Source of the DNA: an uncultured delta proteobacterium
GTDB lineage: Bacteria; Myxococcota; Kuafuiibacteriia; Kuafuiibacteriales; Kuafuiibacteriaceae
DNA length: 64,000 nucleotides
Assembly: GCA_963803435.1 (NCBI GenBank)
Contig: CAWDML010000009.1
Span: 32,001 to 96,000, forward strand
Reading direction: 5' to 3'
The position numbers and the translations under genes are program-made. The notes under the pieces were generated by a model. That model searched no databases, had not been told where the DNA came from, and was given only the letters and a program-made list of their open reading frames with translations. Below are positions 37,599 to 48,409 of this stretch, piece after piece (within the stretch, counting starts at the first letter, position 1; every line of letters begins with the position of its first letter).

Positions 37599-39462
37599 AT
37601 GAACCACCGTTGGGCGCCGGCGCTCGAGCTCCTTCCGGAGTTTGTTGCGACGCTCGCCCGAGATCGAACAATCCTGTACATCAATCGAACCCGTGGGCAT
37701 TCGTTCGACCAGGTCATCGGGAGCTCGCTCGACGGGTTCATCGCCCCGGATGATCAGGAACGGGTCGCAGCGGCGATCGAGGAGGTCTTCGTCACCAAGC
37801 AGGCCGGCGCGCTCGACCTGCGCAGTGTGTCGAACGTGCTCTTCGAGACGCAGCTCTTGCCGCTGTTCGAGGAAGAGGAGGTCGTCGCGGTCGTCTCGAT
37901 CGGCCGGGACGCCACCGAGCAGCGCCACGCCGAGGAGCTGCTCACGCACCGGCAAGGTCTGTTGCAAGCGCTCCTGCACGCGTTCCCGGACATGGTCTTT
38001 CGCACCACGCTCGACGGGACGATCCTCGACTTCTCGGGCGACCCAGGCTCCACGTATGTGCCGCCGGAGCAGTTTCTCCAGCGGAGGGTCGCCGACGTCC
38101 TTCCCCCCGAGATCGCCTCCCTCATCCTCGACGGAATGGCCCGAGCGATCCGCGAGAACGAGCTCGTCCCCGTCGAGTATCAGCTCCCGAGAGGCGGCGA
38201 GATGCGCTACTTCGAGGCCCGCATCGTGCGCTGCGGGACGGACGAGGTGCTCTCGATCGTCCGCGATCGAACCCATCAGCGGCAGATGGAGCAGCGCTTG
38301 ATGCAGGCGGATCGGGTGGCGTCGCTGGGCGCGCTGGCCGCGGGCGTCGCGCACGAGATCAACAATCCGCTGACCTACGTGATCGGAAATTTGACGCTGG
38401 CCGCGCGCGAGCTCGTCGCGCTCGCCGCCAGTCAGGACCTCGCCCACGAGCTCCACGATCTCCAGAGAGCCCTCGCCGACGCCCGGGCCGGCGCCGACCG
38501 AGTGCGGTACATCGTCAGCGATCTCAACGCGTTCTCGGCCGCTCCCCGCACCGATCTGTCGGTGGTCGAGCTCCGCAAGGTGCTCGATTCCGCCATCAAC
38601 ATGGCGTGGTCGGAGATCCGCCATCGCGCGCGGCTGGTTCGGGAGTACGACGACGTCCCCGGGGTGCTAGGAAACGAGCACCGCCTGGGCCAGGTGTTCC
38701 TCAACCTGCTGGTAAACGCCGCGCAGGCGATCGAAGAGGGCGACGCGCAGAAGAACTCCATCCATGTCGGAACGAAGGTCGACAACGGCAGCGTCCTCGT
38801 CTCGATCGAAGACTCCGGACGTGGCTTCGACGCGACCCTCTCCGCGCACATGTTCGATCCTTTCTTCACCACCAAGCCCATCGGTGAAGGCACCGGCCTC
38901 GGCCTCGCCATCTGTCGCGCGATCGTCGACTCGCTGGGCGGAACGCTGACCGCCAAGAGCGAGGGCTTGGGACGCGGGGCCTGCTTCGTGGTGCGTCTCC
39001 CCGCCACCGACGAGCCCGCCGAGGTCCGTCCGGCCCCCAAGGTGGAGCCGGTCGAGGGCAGCCCCGAGGCCGAACCGATCCGCGGTCGCATCCTGGTGAT
39101 CGACGACGAGCCGGTGATCGCGACGATGGCCCGCCGCGCCCTGGCGAGCCACGAGGTCTACGTGGTGACCAGCGGGCGCGATGCGCTCGAGCTCTGCCGG
39201 GCCCAGCACTTCGACGTCATCATCTGCGATCTGCTCATGCCGGACGTGACCGGCATGGATCTCTACGAGAACCTGCGCAGACAAGGGCAGGGCGTCGAGG
39301 AGCGGATTGTATTCATGACCGCCGGCGCCTTCACGCCGCGCGCGCGCCGCTTTCTGAGCCAGGTCTCGAACCCGCAGCTCGAGAAGCCGTTCGACATCGA
39401 TGATTCTCGAGCGCGCCGTCCAGCGCGCCCTCCGTCACTCGCGGACTTCTCCGGAGCCGTAG
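37599..39462 (+). CDS. Hybrid PAS-PAS histidine kinase with receiver domain (frameshift near 39404)
   Basis: AHEINNPL, QVFLNLLVNA, DPFFTTK, GTGLGL, ILVIDDE, DLLMP and EKPF motifs. Removing one T gives DDLERAVQRALR...*. Confidence 0.9.
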
Positions 39463-40682
39463 ACCACCAGCTTCTCGGCGGTCAGATCGATCGCGGACAT
39501 CGGTCCGTACACGTGCATCTTCGAGGTCGAGATGCCCATCTCGGCGCCAAGGCCGAGCTCGCCGCCGTCGTTGAAGCGTGTCGAGGCGTTCCAGAGCACG
39601 CACGAGGCGTCGACCTCGGAGAGGAAACGCTCGGCGATCGCGGTGTCGCGGGTCACGATCGACGCGGTGTGGTGCGTTCCGTGGTCGGCGATGTGATCGA
39701 GCGCGGCGTCGAGATCGTCGACGGTCCGGATGGCGAGGATCCGCTCGAGGAACTCCGTGTCCCAGTCGAGCGCCGTGGCGGCCTTCGCCGTGACGCCGGC
39801 CCGCGCCAGCGCCTCCTTGCTCGGCCCGTCGGCCCGCATCTCCACCCCTTCGGCGGCGAGCTGAACGCCGAGCGGACCGAGGACGTCGTCGAGGCGGGAC
39901 CGATGGACCAGCAGCGTCTCCATCGCGTTGCACACGCCCGGGCGCTGCACCTTGGCGTTGAAGGCGATCCGCTGCGCCATCCCGGTGTCAGCGTCCGCGT
40001 GCACGTAGACCTGACAGATCCCGGCGCCGTGCCGGACCACCGGCACGCGGGCGTGTCGATCGACCATCTCCATCAGCGCCTTCCCGCCGCGCGGGATCAC
40101 CAGGTCGACCCGGCCGGCGGCGCCGAGCAGCGCCTCGACCTCCTCACGGCTCGAGTCGAACAGGCCCATGACGGCATCCTCGCTGAGGCCGGCCTGCGCG
40201 AGCCCGCCCCGCACCGCGGCGGCGATCGCTTCGTTGCTGGCGCTCGCCTCCTTGCCGCCGCGCAGGATCACGGCGTTGCCCGACTTGATCGTCAGCGCGG
40301 CGCACTCCGCGGTCACGTTCGGGCGGGCCTCGTAGACGATCGCGACGACGCCGAGCGGGACCCGCCGCCGGAGCACCCGGAAGCCCGCGCGCCCCACCCC
40401 GATCTCCCGCGAGCCGGCCAGCGGATCCGGGAGCTGGCGGACCGCTCGCACGGCACGGACCATCGCGTCGATCCGCGCCTCGGAGAGTCGCAGGCGATCC
40501 CGGAGCGCCTCCGAGAGCTCGGTGGCGGCCGCCAGATCTCGGGCGTTCGCGGCGAGGATGTCCGCTCGCGTCCCATCGAGCGCGCCCGCGATCGCGTTCA
40601 GGGCAGCGTCCCGCGTCTCCGCGTCGAGGCGCGCGATCGAACGGGCCGCGACCCGCGCTCGATCGAGGATCTCGTCGATCAT
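39435..40682 (-). CDS. proA: Gamma-glutamyl phosphate reductase
   Basis: VPLGVVAIVYEARPNVT, GVCNAMETLL and NASTRFNDGGELGLGAEMGIST motifs. Confidence 0.97.
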   Translation of the reverse strand: MIDEILDRARVAARSIARLDAETRDAALNAIAGALDGTRADILAANARDLAAATELSEALRDRLRLSEARIDAMVRAVRAVRQLPDPLAGSREIGVGRAGFRVLRRRVPLGVVAIVYEARPNVTAECAALTIKSGNAVILRGGKEASASNEAIAAAVRGGLAQAGLSEDAVMGLFDSSREEVEALLGAAGRVDLVIPRGGKALMEMVDRHARVPVVRHGAGICQVYVHADADTGMAQRIAFNAKVQRPGVCNAMETLLVHRSRLDDVLGPLGVQLAAEGVEMRADGPSKEALARAGVTAKAATALDWDTEFLERILAIRTVDDLDAALDHIADHGTHHTASIVTRDTAIAERFLSEVDASCVLWNASTRFNDGGELGLGAEMGISTSKMHVYGPMSAIDLTAEKLVVYGSGEVRE

Positions 40683-41821
40683 GCCGTCTCTCCCTCCAGG
40701 AGCACCAGGTCGTCGCGATGCACCACGGCGTCACCCATGGTGAAGCCGAGGATCGACGGGATCGCCTTGCTGGGCTGGCCCAGGATTCGCTTCATCTGCT
40801 CCGCAGAGTAGCGCACCAGGCCCCGAGCGATCGCCTTCTTTGCGGCTCCCCGGCCCCCCGCGATGTCGACGGCGTCGCCCTCGACGAAGTCACCCTCGAT
40901 CGCGGTGACACCGCTGGGGAGGAGGCTCTTCTTCTGATCCGTCAACGCACGGACTGCGCCCTCGTCGATCAGGAGACGTCCCGCAGGCCGCAGCGTGTGG
41001 GCGATCCAGTGATCGCGGCTGGAGAGGGTGCCGCGCTGGCGATCAGGCACGATCACCGTGCCCACGTCCTGACCCTCGAGCAGGCGGCGAAGCGCCCCGG
41101 CCTCCTTGCCGGGCACGATCGCCACGGTCGCCCCGCGCGCGCATGCCACCCGGGCCGCCCGAATCTTCGAGACCATGCCGCCCGAGCCGAACCGCGAGGT
41201 CCCTCGCTCGGCGACGGCGTCGAGCAGGGGATCGGAGGAGACGGCCTCCGGGATCCGGACCCCGTGCTTGTTCACCACGCCGTCCGCCACGCTGAGCATC
41301 ACCAGCAGGCCCGCGTCCACCACGTTGGCGACCTGCGCGGCCAGCTCGTCGTTGTCGCCGAACGCGATCTCCTCGAAGGAAACGGTGTCGTTCTCGTTGA
41401 TGATGGCGACGGCGTGCCGTCGCTCGATCTCGGCGAGGGCGTGCCGTGCGTTGAGGTAGCGTCGGCGGTCGGCGAGGTCGGCGTGCGTCAAGAGCACCTG
41501 CGCGACGGGGAGCTCGAACTTCTTGAACGCCTGCGACCAGGCCTCCACCAGCTTGCTCTGTCCGATCGCCGCCGCCGCCTGAAGACCGGCCATCGCCTTC
41601 GGGCGGCTCTTGAGCCCCATGATGCTCAGGCCCACGGCGATCGCGCCGGACGACACCACGAATGGCCACCTTCGGATCCCGATCAGCGGCGCGATCTCGT
41701 GGGCCAGCCGTCGGATCGTCTTCGGCTCGATCCTGCCTTGCCCGTCCGTGAGAACGCCCGAGCCGACCTTGACGACGATCCGGCCGGTCCGCGTCAGGTC
41801 TCTCAGCTGGTCTCGGCTCAC
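40679..41821 (-). CDS. proB: Glutamate 5-kinase
   Basis: IVVKVGS, AAAIGQ, INENDTV, FGDNDELAA and GSGGMVSK motifs, plus a PUA domain. Confidence 0.97.
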   Translation of the reverse strand: MSRDQLRDLTRTGRIVVKVGSGVLTDGQGRIEPKTIRRLAHEIAPLIGIRRWPFVVSSGAIAVGLSIMGLKSRPKAMAGLQAAAAIGQSKLVEAWSQAFKKFELPVAQVLLTHADLADRRRYLNARHALAEIERRHAVAIINENDTVSFEEIAFGDNDELAAQVANVVDAGLLVMLSVADGVVNKHGVRIPEAVSSDPLLDAVAERGTSRFGSGGMVSKIRAARVACARGATVAIVPGKEAGALRRLLEGQDVGTVIVPDRQRGTLSSRDHWIAHTLRPAGRLLIDEGAVRALTDQKKSLLPSGVTAIEGDFVEGDAVDIAGGRGAAKKAIARGLVRYSAEQMKRILGQPSKAIPSILGFTMGDAVVHRDDLVLLEGETA

Positions 41822-42888
41822 CGGTGCTTCTTTTTCTTCCTGGACTTCTTCTTCGCCGGCTTCGGCGTGCGCACCGGCGGCGGCGGCGGCTCCGGCTGCT
41901 TCTCGGGCTCGGCGGTCGGCGGCGGCGCAGCCTTCTTCCCGGACGGCTTGCCCTTGGGACCGCCGATCACCGTGCTGGTGCGGGTCTCGCCGGAGAGAAA
42001 CGCGAGCGGATCGAGATCGACCTCGCGGCGCTTGATCTCGGGGACGAAGTCCTTCGGCTTCATCTCTTCCCCCTCGACCGGCTTCACCTCGAATGTCAGC
42101 GTCAGATCCAGCTGGCCGGCGTTCGTGTTCTTCTCCTGCTTCTCGGGTGGGATCTCGAGGCGGCCCTTGAGATCGCACTTGATCGGTACGCCGGTGGCGT
42201 CGTCGACGAACAGGTTCCCACGGAGCGCGATCGGCTTCTTGGCGCCCTTCATGCCGGGCACCTCGATCAGCGACGAGCCGTCGAGCAGCGCCAGCTCGTA
42301 GTTGGCGGCGCTGCGTCCGTTGACGTTGGTCGATCCGATCTTTCGCAGGCCGAAGCGCGGCCCGTAGTAGCCGCTGAACACGCGGAGGGGCTGCCACGCT
42401 TCGTCGCGGATCTTGGGTCCGGCGTCCTTGATGATCCCCATGACGCGCATCTTCCCCTTGGGACCGTTCTGTCCGTAGAGGATGCCGTTGTCGTAGATGA
42501 TCTCGCGCGTGACCAGGCCGTCGGTGTCGAGCTGCCGGACCCGGAAGCTGCCGTGCAGCCCGTGGCGGATCTGGGAGGTCTCCGGCACGTCGATCGTGTG
42601 GCCGTTGCGCTTGAGGAGGAACCGGGCCGTGCCGTCGTACTCGACGAACCCCATCCGGGCGATCACCTCCTCGAATCGCATGCCGAGCACGTGGGCCTTG
42701 AGGTCCGGCCGCTCTTCGAGCGCGTAAGCGTCGATCGCCTCCTTCGCCTTCTCCTCGTACTCGTGGGCGATCAGATCCTTGCCCCAGAGTCGCTGGCTCT
42801 CTCGGTTGATCTCCTTCTTGTCTCCGCAGCTGCCGCAGCCGACCGCCGCGGCGGCGACCCAGAGAATCAGGAAATGGAAGCGCGACAC
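41818..42888 (-). CDS. Hypothetical lipoprotein
   Basis: Signal peptide with GCGSCG; LolA/LppX-like beta-rich composition; Pro/Lys tail. Confidence 0.75.
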   Translation of the reverse strand: MSRFHFLILWVAAAAVGCGSCGDKKEINRESQRLWGKDLIAHEYEEKAKEAIDAYALEERPDLKAHVLGMRFEEVIARMGFVEYDGTARFLLKRNGHTIDVPETSQIRHGLHGSFRVRQLDTDGLVTREIIYDNGILYGQNGPKGKMRVMGIIKDAGPKIRDEAWQPLRVFSGYYGPRFGLRKIGSTNVNGRSAANYELALLDGSSLIEVPGMKGAKKPIALRGNLFVDDATGVPIKCDLKGRLEIPPEKQEKNTNAGQLDLTLTFEVKPVEGEEMKPKDFVPEIKRREVDLDPLAFLSGETRTSTVIGGPKGKPSGKKAAPPPTAEPEKQPEPPPPPVRTPKPAKKKSRKKKKHR

Positions 42889-42946
42889 GGGATCGTCACT
42901 ACCAAAAGTGGCGCTTGCTGGCGACCGGCGTCCGGCGAGGCCGCGG

Positions 42947-43636
42947 TCAGGGCTCGTAGGTGACGAGCGCGCGCTCTTCCTCGTTCGAGGGCGCCTGACG
43001 ACCGATCAGCGGGGCCAGCAACATGCTGAAGCTTCCGGTGACCAGCCCCGCGATCGAGCCGTGGAAGGCGTCGATCAGCAGCTCTTCGATCAGCGTCGGC
43101 GCCGGCGTCATGAACCAGGTGATCAGCGCCTGCAGGAACACCAGCCCGAAGCCGAAGCCGAAGCCCGCCGAGAAGCTACGCGCCACGCTCCGCATGGCCG
43201 TGCGCATGCGCTTCCGCAGCGAGGGCCGCTTGCCGAGATCGCGCATCCCGCGCACGGCGGCCCGCTCCCAGAGGCGGCGGCCGAAGCGCCACGCAACAGG
43301 GACGGGGAGCAAGAACGCCATCGACGCGAGCCACCCGAAGCCGTGCGCCACTGCGTACAGCGGCATCAGCACGCTCATCCACAGCGCGCCCAGCGCGAGG
43401 CCGAAGTTCGCGCCGAACTTTCCGGTCGCACGCATTTGCTCCCACGCGCCCTTGTCCGCGAGCAAGGCCTTCGTCTCGGGATCGCGTGCGGCATCGACGG
43501 CGTCCGCCTGCGCGATCGATTCGACGCGATCTCTCCAGTGCTTGTGTTGTTTCGAATCGCCGGTGAGGGCGAGGTGGACCATCATCAACGGGCCGACACG
43601 AGCGGGCAGCGGGCGAGCATCCTCTGGGTGTTTCAA
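42947..43636 (-). CDS. Hypothetical membrane protein (about 4 TM); true start possibly 43683 through a 1-bp indel
   Basis: Hydrophobic segments. The frame stays open upstream (GELTERSPEPRKALSLKH) next to an out-of-frame ATG. Confidence 0.7.
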   Translation of the reverse strand: MKHPEDARPLPARVGPLMMVHLALTGDSKQHKHWRDRVESIAQADAVDAARDPETKALLADKGAWEQMRATGKFGANFGLALGALWMSVLMPLYAVAHGFGWLASMAFLLPVPVAWRFGRRLWERAAVRGMRDLGKRPSLRKRMRTAMRSVARSFSAGFGFGFGLVFLQALITWFMTPAPTLIEELLIDAFHGSIAGLVTGSFSMLLAPLIGRQAPSNEEERALVTYEP

Positions 43637-43808
43637 CGAAAGTGCCTTCCGGGGTTCTGGTGAACGTTCTGTGAGCTCTCCATTTATTTATAACCCGGCC
43701 GGCACCGATCTGTTCCCCCCTCCCCCGCGAATGGATCGCGGAGGGAATGTAAGCAAAGGTCGACGCCGGATATGCGGGTCGTCCGGACCCGAGACGCGGG
43801 GGCAGGCC

Positions 43809-44039
43809 TTACTCGGTGACGAGGCGCAGGCGGGCTCGCGAGCGCTCGCTGAGCCACGCGTTCCAGGCGCCGTGATCCTTCAGATCCACGCCCTCGCGAC
43901 GCGCCCGATACTGCAGATGCGACTGCAGATCCTGGAGAAACTCCGAGTCGACGAGCTCGGGATGCTCGAGGAGATGGCTCTGCAGCACCTGGTAGACCTT
44001 CTTGAGATCGGTCGGCTCGTAGATGGTCAGGATGCCCAT
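43809..44039 (-). CDS. Small hypothetical protein (76 aa)
   Basis: MGILTIYEPTDLKKVYQVL...DHGAWNAWL, coding-like codon usage. Confidence 0.7.
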   Translation of the reverse strand: MGILTIYEPTDLKKVYQVLQSHLLEHPELVDSEFLQDLQSHLQYRARREGVDLKDHGAWNAWLSERSRARLRLVTE

Positions 44040-44110
44040 GGGAAGTGGGACGATACTGCGCGGGATCAGGATTGGGTAGCGCAGAGGTGGCCGGCCGGCG
44101 GGGCAACCCG

Positions 44111-45121
44111 CTACTTCTTGACCCACTCCCGCGTGATCGACCGCGTCCGCTCGGTGGTGGTCTTCACGTCCTCGATCGGCCCGGTCCAGACGGCCTGATC
44201 GTTGAAGGCCGAGCCCGCCGTCTTGAAGCATGGGTTCTGGGGCTCGAAGTCCACCGTGACGCTGTGATCGCCCTTCTCGAGGGTCACCTCGCTCAGCGGG
44301 TGGGGCAGGGGCGGAACCACCGAGTGGACCTCCGCGACTGGGATGAACGCCTGCTTCTGCTCGATCAACCACCGGTCGGGGCGCAGCAGGATGCGAAAGC
44401 CCTCCTGACCGCGGCCGGCGTAGTCGGCCAGGTCGAACGTCTGATCGTCCATCGTCTCCTGGCGGCCTGACGCCAGCGGTCCGTCCTTCGGGACGATCAC
44501 CGCGCTCGGGAGCAGATAACCCAGGATGGCGTCATCGGAGAGGGCGACCTCGACCTTCTTGACGTAGTGCGGGGCCTTCCGCGGCTTCGGCGGATGCAGG
44601 GCGAGCATCGCCTGGCGGACGGCGTCGCCCCCTTCGAGCGTCTGGATCCGGCCGCGGGCGTCGAGGGCGATCGTCAGGCGCTTCCCCAACAACGCGAAGG
44701 GGACGACCATCTCGTACATCACGATGGTATCGGCGCCGCCCTGGATGCGCCGGAGATCGCCGGCTCGCAGGGAGTCGAGCTTGGCGTGGTACGTCTCCCG
44801 GCGCGCGTCGGCCTGGATGCGGGTGACCTCGGCCTCGAAGGTGAGCGGCGCTTCAGTCTGCCTCGCCCGCAGCTCGTAGGTGATCGTGATCTCGTGTCCA
44901 GCCAGGAGCTGTTCGCCGAGCGACTCGGTCATCACCTCCTTGAGCTCGTAGGTGCACACCGCGCCGGGCGTGAGCGGCGTGAACGTCGCCGGCGCGCCGA
45001 CGACGTCGACCGGCACCGGCGGCGGGGCTTCCGGCGGTGGGTCCGGTGGCTTCGGCTCGGGCTCCTTCGGGCAGCCCGCCAGGCAGGCGAGGGCGAGGGC
45101 GATCGACGAAACCGTCCGCAC
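44111..45121 (-). CDS. Hypothetical lipoprotein
   Basis: Lipobox LAGC, Pro linker, beta-rich domain. Confidence 0.75.
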   Translation of the reverse strand: MRTVSSIALALACLAGCPKEPEPKPPDPPPEAPPPVPVDVVGAPATFTPLTPGAVCTYELKEVMTESLGEQLLAGHEITITYELRARQTEAPLTFEAEVTRIQADARRETYHAKLDSLRAGDLRRIQGGADTIVMYEMVVPFALLGKRLTIALDARGRIQTLEGGDAVRQAMLALHPPKPRKAPHYVKKVEVALSDDAILGYLLPSAVIVPKDGPLASGRQETMDDQTFDLADYAGRGQEGFRILLRPDRWLIEQKQAFIPVAEVHSVVPPLPHPLSEVTLEKGDHSVTVDFEPQNPCFKTAGSAFNDQAVWTGPIEDVKTTTERTRSITREWVKK

Positions 45122-45179
45122 TTGGCCCTCTTACCACGTTTGACCGCCGCGGTGGGCAGACGTTACTCCTGAGGAGCGC

Positions 45180-45992
45180 GTGCTCTCCCTCGTCGTGGCC
45201 CTCCAGCTCGCGATCGCGATCCCGCCCCCGCTGTGCCGCGGTCGGGTCGTCACCCACTACGACCCGCGCAGAGATCAGGACCCCAGCCCGCGCGCCGTCG
45301 CGGAGGTTCAGGCCGCCTACGACGCGCTGTGCCCCAACAAGAACTGCGGCTCGGGCCGCCTCTTCGAGAACTCGACCATCGGCAACAACGCGGTCACCTG
45401 GGTCTCGGGGATCCGCGACGGCGCCGCGACGCAGGCCAAGATCGTCTACTCGGCGCCGTTCCTGGACGGGCTCGACAAGAGCTACGGGCCGGGCGCGTCG
45501 TTTGGTGTGCTCGCCCACGAGGTCGGTCACCATCTCACCGCAGCGCTCTCGCTCCGTCAGGCCTTCGAGTCCTCCTGGAACGAGGAGCTGCGCGCCGACT
45601 ACCTGGCCGGCTGTGCGCTCGGACGCTCGGGCCGCACCTCGCAGGAGCTCGAGAATGCGCTCCGCGCCCTGTCCGCCTACTCGAGCCCGACCCACCCTTC
45701 CTTCCAGCAGCGCGTGCCGGTGGTGCGGAAGGGGTACGACGAGTGTCAAAAGGATGCGCCCAAGATCGAGCAGGCGAAGAAGCCGTTCGGCCTGGGGGCC
45801 CTGGTCCACGCCAAGAAGCGAACCGGTTGCCGTTACCCGTACCGGTTGAGCGCCGACATCGATCGCGTGGGACCGATCGTCGCGAAGCGCCGCCGCTCTC
45901 AGCCCTTCGTCGACGCGGCCACCTGCGAGCACGAGCGCCAGCGCATGACAGAATCTCGAGCCCGGGTTACAGAAGAATGCACCTGTGAGTGA
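45180..45992 (+). CDS. Exported zinc metallopeptidase (M48-like)
   Basis: LAHEVGHH, ELRADYLAG and THPSFQQR motifs. Confidence 0.82.
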   Translation: MLSLVVALQLAIAIPPPLCRGRVVTHYDPRRDQDPSPRAVAEVQAAYDALCPNKNCGSGRLFENSTIGNNAVTWVSGIRDGAATQAKIVYSAPFLDGLDKSYGPGASFGVLAHEVGHHLTAALSLRQAFESSWNEELRADYLAGCALGRSGRTSQELENALRALSAYSSPTHPSFQQRVPVVRKGYDECQKDAPKIEQAKKPFGLGALVHAKKRTGCRYPYRLSADIDRVGPIVAKRRRSQPFVDAATCEHERQRMTESRARVTEECTCE

Positions 45993-47232
45993 GCGAAGCG
46001 CGCTCGTCCCGAGCCTGATCGCACTCCTCGGGATCGGGATCGCCGGCGGCTGCGAGGAGCATCCCGCGCCGCCACCGGTCTCCGAGCGCCCGCTGGTCGA
46101 GCCCGACTACCCGGAGCCGATCGGCCCGGAGCCTGCCGTGGTGGTCCAGTACCACGTCGGTGAGATCCGCAAGAACGACGCCTTCTCCTCCGCGGCCAGC
46201 CGGCTGGGGATGACCGCGGTGGAGGTCGACGACATCGTGCGGGCGCTCGACGGGATCTTCGACTTCCGGCGCGCGCAACCCGAGCAGATGTTCGAGATCT
46301 GGCGCGATGCCGAAGGGAAGCTTTCGCGGTTCCGCTACACGGTCGATCGGACGCAGGTCGTGCTGGCGTTCCGCGGTCGCGACGGCCAGCTCCACGGCAG
46401 CGAGGAGCCGATCCCCGTCCACACCGATACTGTCACGGTGGCGGGGGAGGTCGATTACTCCCTCTATCTGGCGATGGAGGCGGCCGGCGAGAGCGCCTGG
46501 CTGACGCTGACGCTGGTCGACATCCTGGCCTGGGACGTCGACTTCTTCAGCGAGACCCAGAAGGGTGATCGCTTCCGCATCGTGGTCGAGAAGAAGTTTG
46601 CAGGCGACGACTTCGTCGGCTACGGCCGCGTGCTCGGCGCCGAGTACCGGATGGTCGACGGCCGAACGCACCGCGCGTTCCGCTACGAGTTCGGCGACGG
46701 CAAGGTGGGCTACTACACCGAGGACGGCAAGGCGGTGCAGAAGGCGTTCCTCAAGTCGCCGATCCGCTTCGCCAGCATCACCAGCCGCTACGGTATGCGG
46801 AGGCATCCGATCCTGAAGTACGTACGGGCGCACCGCGGCGTCGACTACGGCGCACCCATGGGGACCGAGATCTGGTCGGTGGGCGAGGGCGTGGTCTCGT
46901 TTGCAGGGAACAACGGCGGCTACGGACACGTGGTGATGATCCGGCACGCGAACGGCCTCGAGACGCGCTACGCGCACATGCGCGCGTTCGCCCGCGGCAT
47001 CCACAGCGGCGTGCGGGTCCACCAGAAGCAGGTGATCGGCTACGTCGGCATGAGCGGCCTCGCCACCGGCCCGCACCTCCACTTCGAGGTCCTGCGCAAC
47101 GGGCACCACACGAACCCGCTGTCGATGGTGGCACCGCCGGCGCCGCCGATCCCGAAGGAGCTCGAGCCGGACTTCCAGGCCTCGATCGCAGCGGTGCGCG
47201 CCGCGATCGACGAGGGCATGGCGGCGCGCTGA
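45985..47232 (+). CDS. M23 peptidoglycan DD-endopeptidase (MepM/Csd3-like)
   Basis: HRGVDYGAP, YAHM and GLATGPHLHFE motifs. Confidence 0.94.
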   Translation: MSERSALVPSLIALLGIGIAGGCEEHPAPPPVSERPLVEPDYPEPIGPEPAVVVQYHVGEIRKNDAFSSAASRLGMTAVEVDDIVRALDGIFDFRRAQPEQMFEIWRDAEGKLSRFRYTVDRTQVVLAFRGRDGQLHGSEEPIPVHTDTVTVAGEVDYSLYLAMEAAGESAWLTLTLVDILAWDVDFFSETQKGDRFRIVVEKKFAGDDFVGYGRVLGAEYRMVDGRTHRAFRYEFGDGKVGYYTEDGKAVQKAFLKSPIRFASITSRYGMRRHPILKYVRAHRGVDYGAPMGTEIWSVGEGVVSFAGNNGGYGHVVMIRHANGLETRYAHMRAFARGIHSGVRVHQKQVIGYVGMSGLATGPHLHFEVLRNGHHTNPLSMVAPPAPPIPKELEPDFQASIAAVRAAIDEGMAAR

Positions 47233-47240
47233 GCGCGTGA

Positions 47241-48356
47241 CTACGCCCAGAGATCGTGCGCACGGGCGCTGACGCGGACGCCGCGGGCCTCATCGCCGTC
47301 GACCAGCAGGGCCTCCTCCGCCAGGTTCACCGTGGGGCACACGTGCCGGGGATAGAGCAGCACCGTCTCGCCGCGCCGGGGGCGCGGGCCGCCGGCCTCG
47401 AAGGGGAGGTGCTCCTCGTTCGGCGTGCAGGCGCGGTGCTCGGGGTGGCCGAGGATGACGGCCACCGGTGAGCCCGCCTCGGCGGCGAGCGCCTTGGAGC
47501 CGGCATCGCAAGTGAACTTGCGCGCGGTCGGATAGCTGACCACGGTGCTGTGGACGGCGGCGGCGGGGAGGAAGTCGAGCTCTTCGAGCTCGCTGTGGGA
47601 GCGGTGATCGAAGTAGACGATGGTCCCGGGCGAGACGCGGTGCTTGATCGCGCGGAACGGCGCGTACTCGAGCGCGGCGGCGTAGCTGGGCGTACCGCTC
47701 GTGATCAGCTCGGGGACGCCGCCGAGGTGGCTCACCAGCTCGACGAGCCGGTCGTAGACGAGAAAGCAGGCCGTCTTGCGCTCGGAATAGCTGCCCGAGT
47801 GGATGTGGCCCTCGTAGGCGTGCAGGCCGCGGAAGCGGGGGCCGGCGCGCTCGGCGACGGCGGCGATGATGGACCGATCCTCGAGCGGCACGCCCGTGCG
47901 GTCCATCCCGCAGTTGACGTCGGCGAAGATGCCGAGGGGTTCGGGGACCGCGAGCTCGGGATCCTCGACCAGCACGGAGGTGCGCGTCTCAGGATGCGCG
48001 CGCGCCAGGGTGGCCAGGCGCTCGAGGTTCGGGCCCACGTGCGGATAGGCGACCAGGAGATCGGCGTCCTCGATCCGCTCGCGTGCGAGCACCGTCAGGA
48101 GCTGCTCCGCCTCGCGCGTGGTCGCGCACTTGAAGCAGCGAATGCCGGCGCGCGCCTCTTCGGCGAACACCTCGGGGATCTTGGCCGTCTTCACGTGCGG
48201 GCGGAGCCGGTCCGGGTCGCCGGCGCGGTCGATCAGACGGGCGAGGTTTTCGCGGACCTGCTCGAGGAAGATCACCAGCGCCGGCGTGAGCAGCCGTTCG
48301 CGGGCTTTCTCCGGGATCCGGTAGCGCTCGGGGGCGAAGGGGACCGGCCGCTCCAT
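47241..48356 (-). CDS. Fold-type III PLP enzyme (D-threonine aldolase / DSD1 family)
   Basis: LRPHVKT, GMDRTG, GLHAYEGH, DAGSKA, NEEH and PRHVCPTVNL motifs. Confidence 0.92.
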   Translation of the reverse strand: MERPVPFAPERYRIPEKARERLLTPALVIFLEQVRENLARLIDRAGDPDRLRPHVKTAKIPEVFAEEARAGIRCFKCATTREAEQLLTVLARERIEDADLLVAYPHVGPNLERLATLARAHPETRTSVLVEDPELAVPEPLGIFADVNCGMDRTGVPLEDRSIIAAVAERAGPRFRGLHAYEGHIHSGSYSERKTACFLVYDRLVELVSHLGGVPELITSGTPSYAAALEYAPFRAIKHRVSPGTIVYFDHRSHSELEELDFLPAAAVHSTVVSYPTARKFTCDAGSKALAAEAGSPVAVILGHPEHRACTPNEEHLPFEAGGPRPRRGETVLLYPRHVCPTVNLAEEALLVDGDEARGVRVSARAHDLWA

Positions 48357-48409
48357 CGCTCGAATGAGAGCTGGACCGGCCGGAATTTCGCAAGGTAGCG
48401 TCCGCGCCC

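Noticed and set aside
37425-40811. 1128-aa giant histidine kinase ORF
   Set aside because: Read-through caused by an indel near 39404; the extension is antisense to proA.
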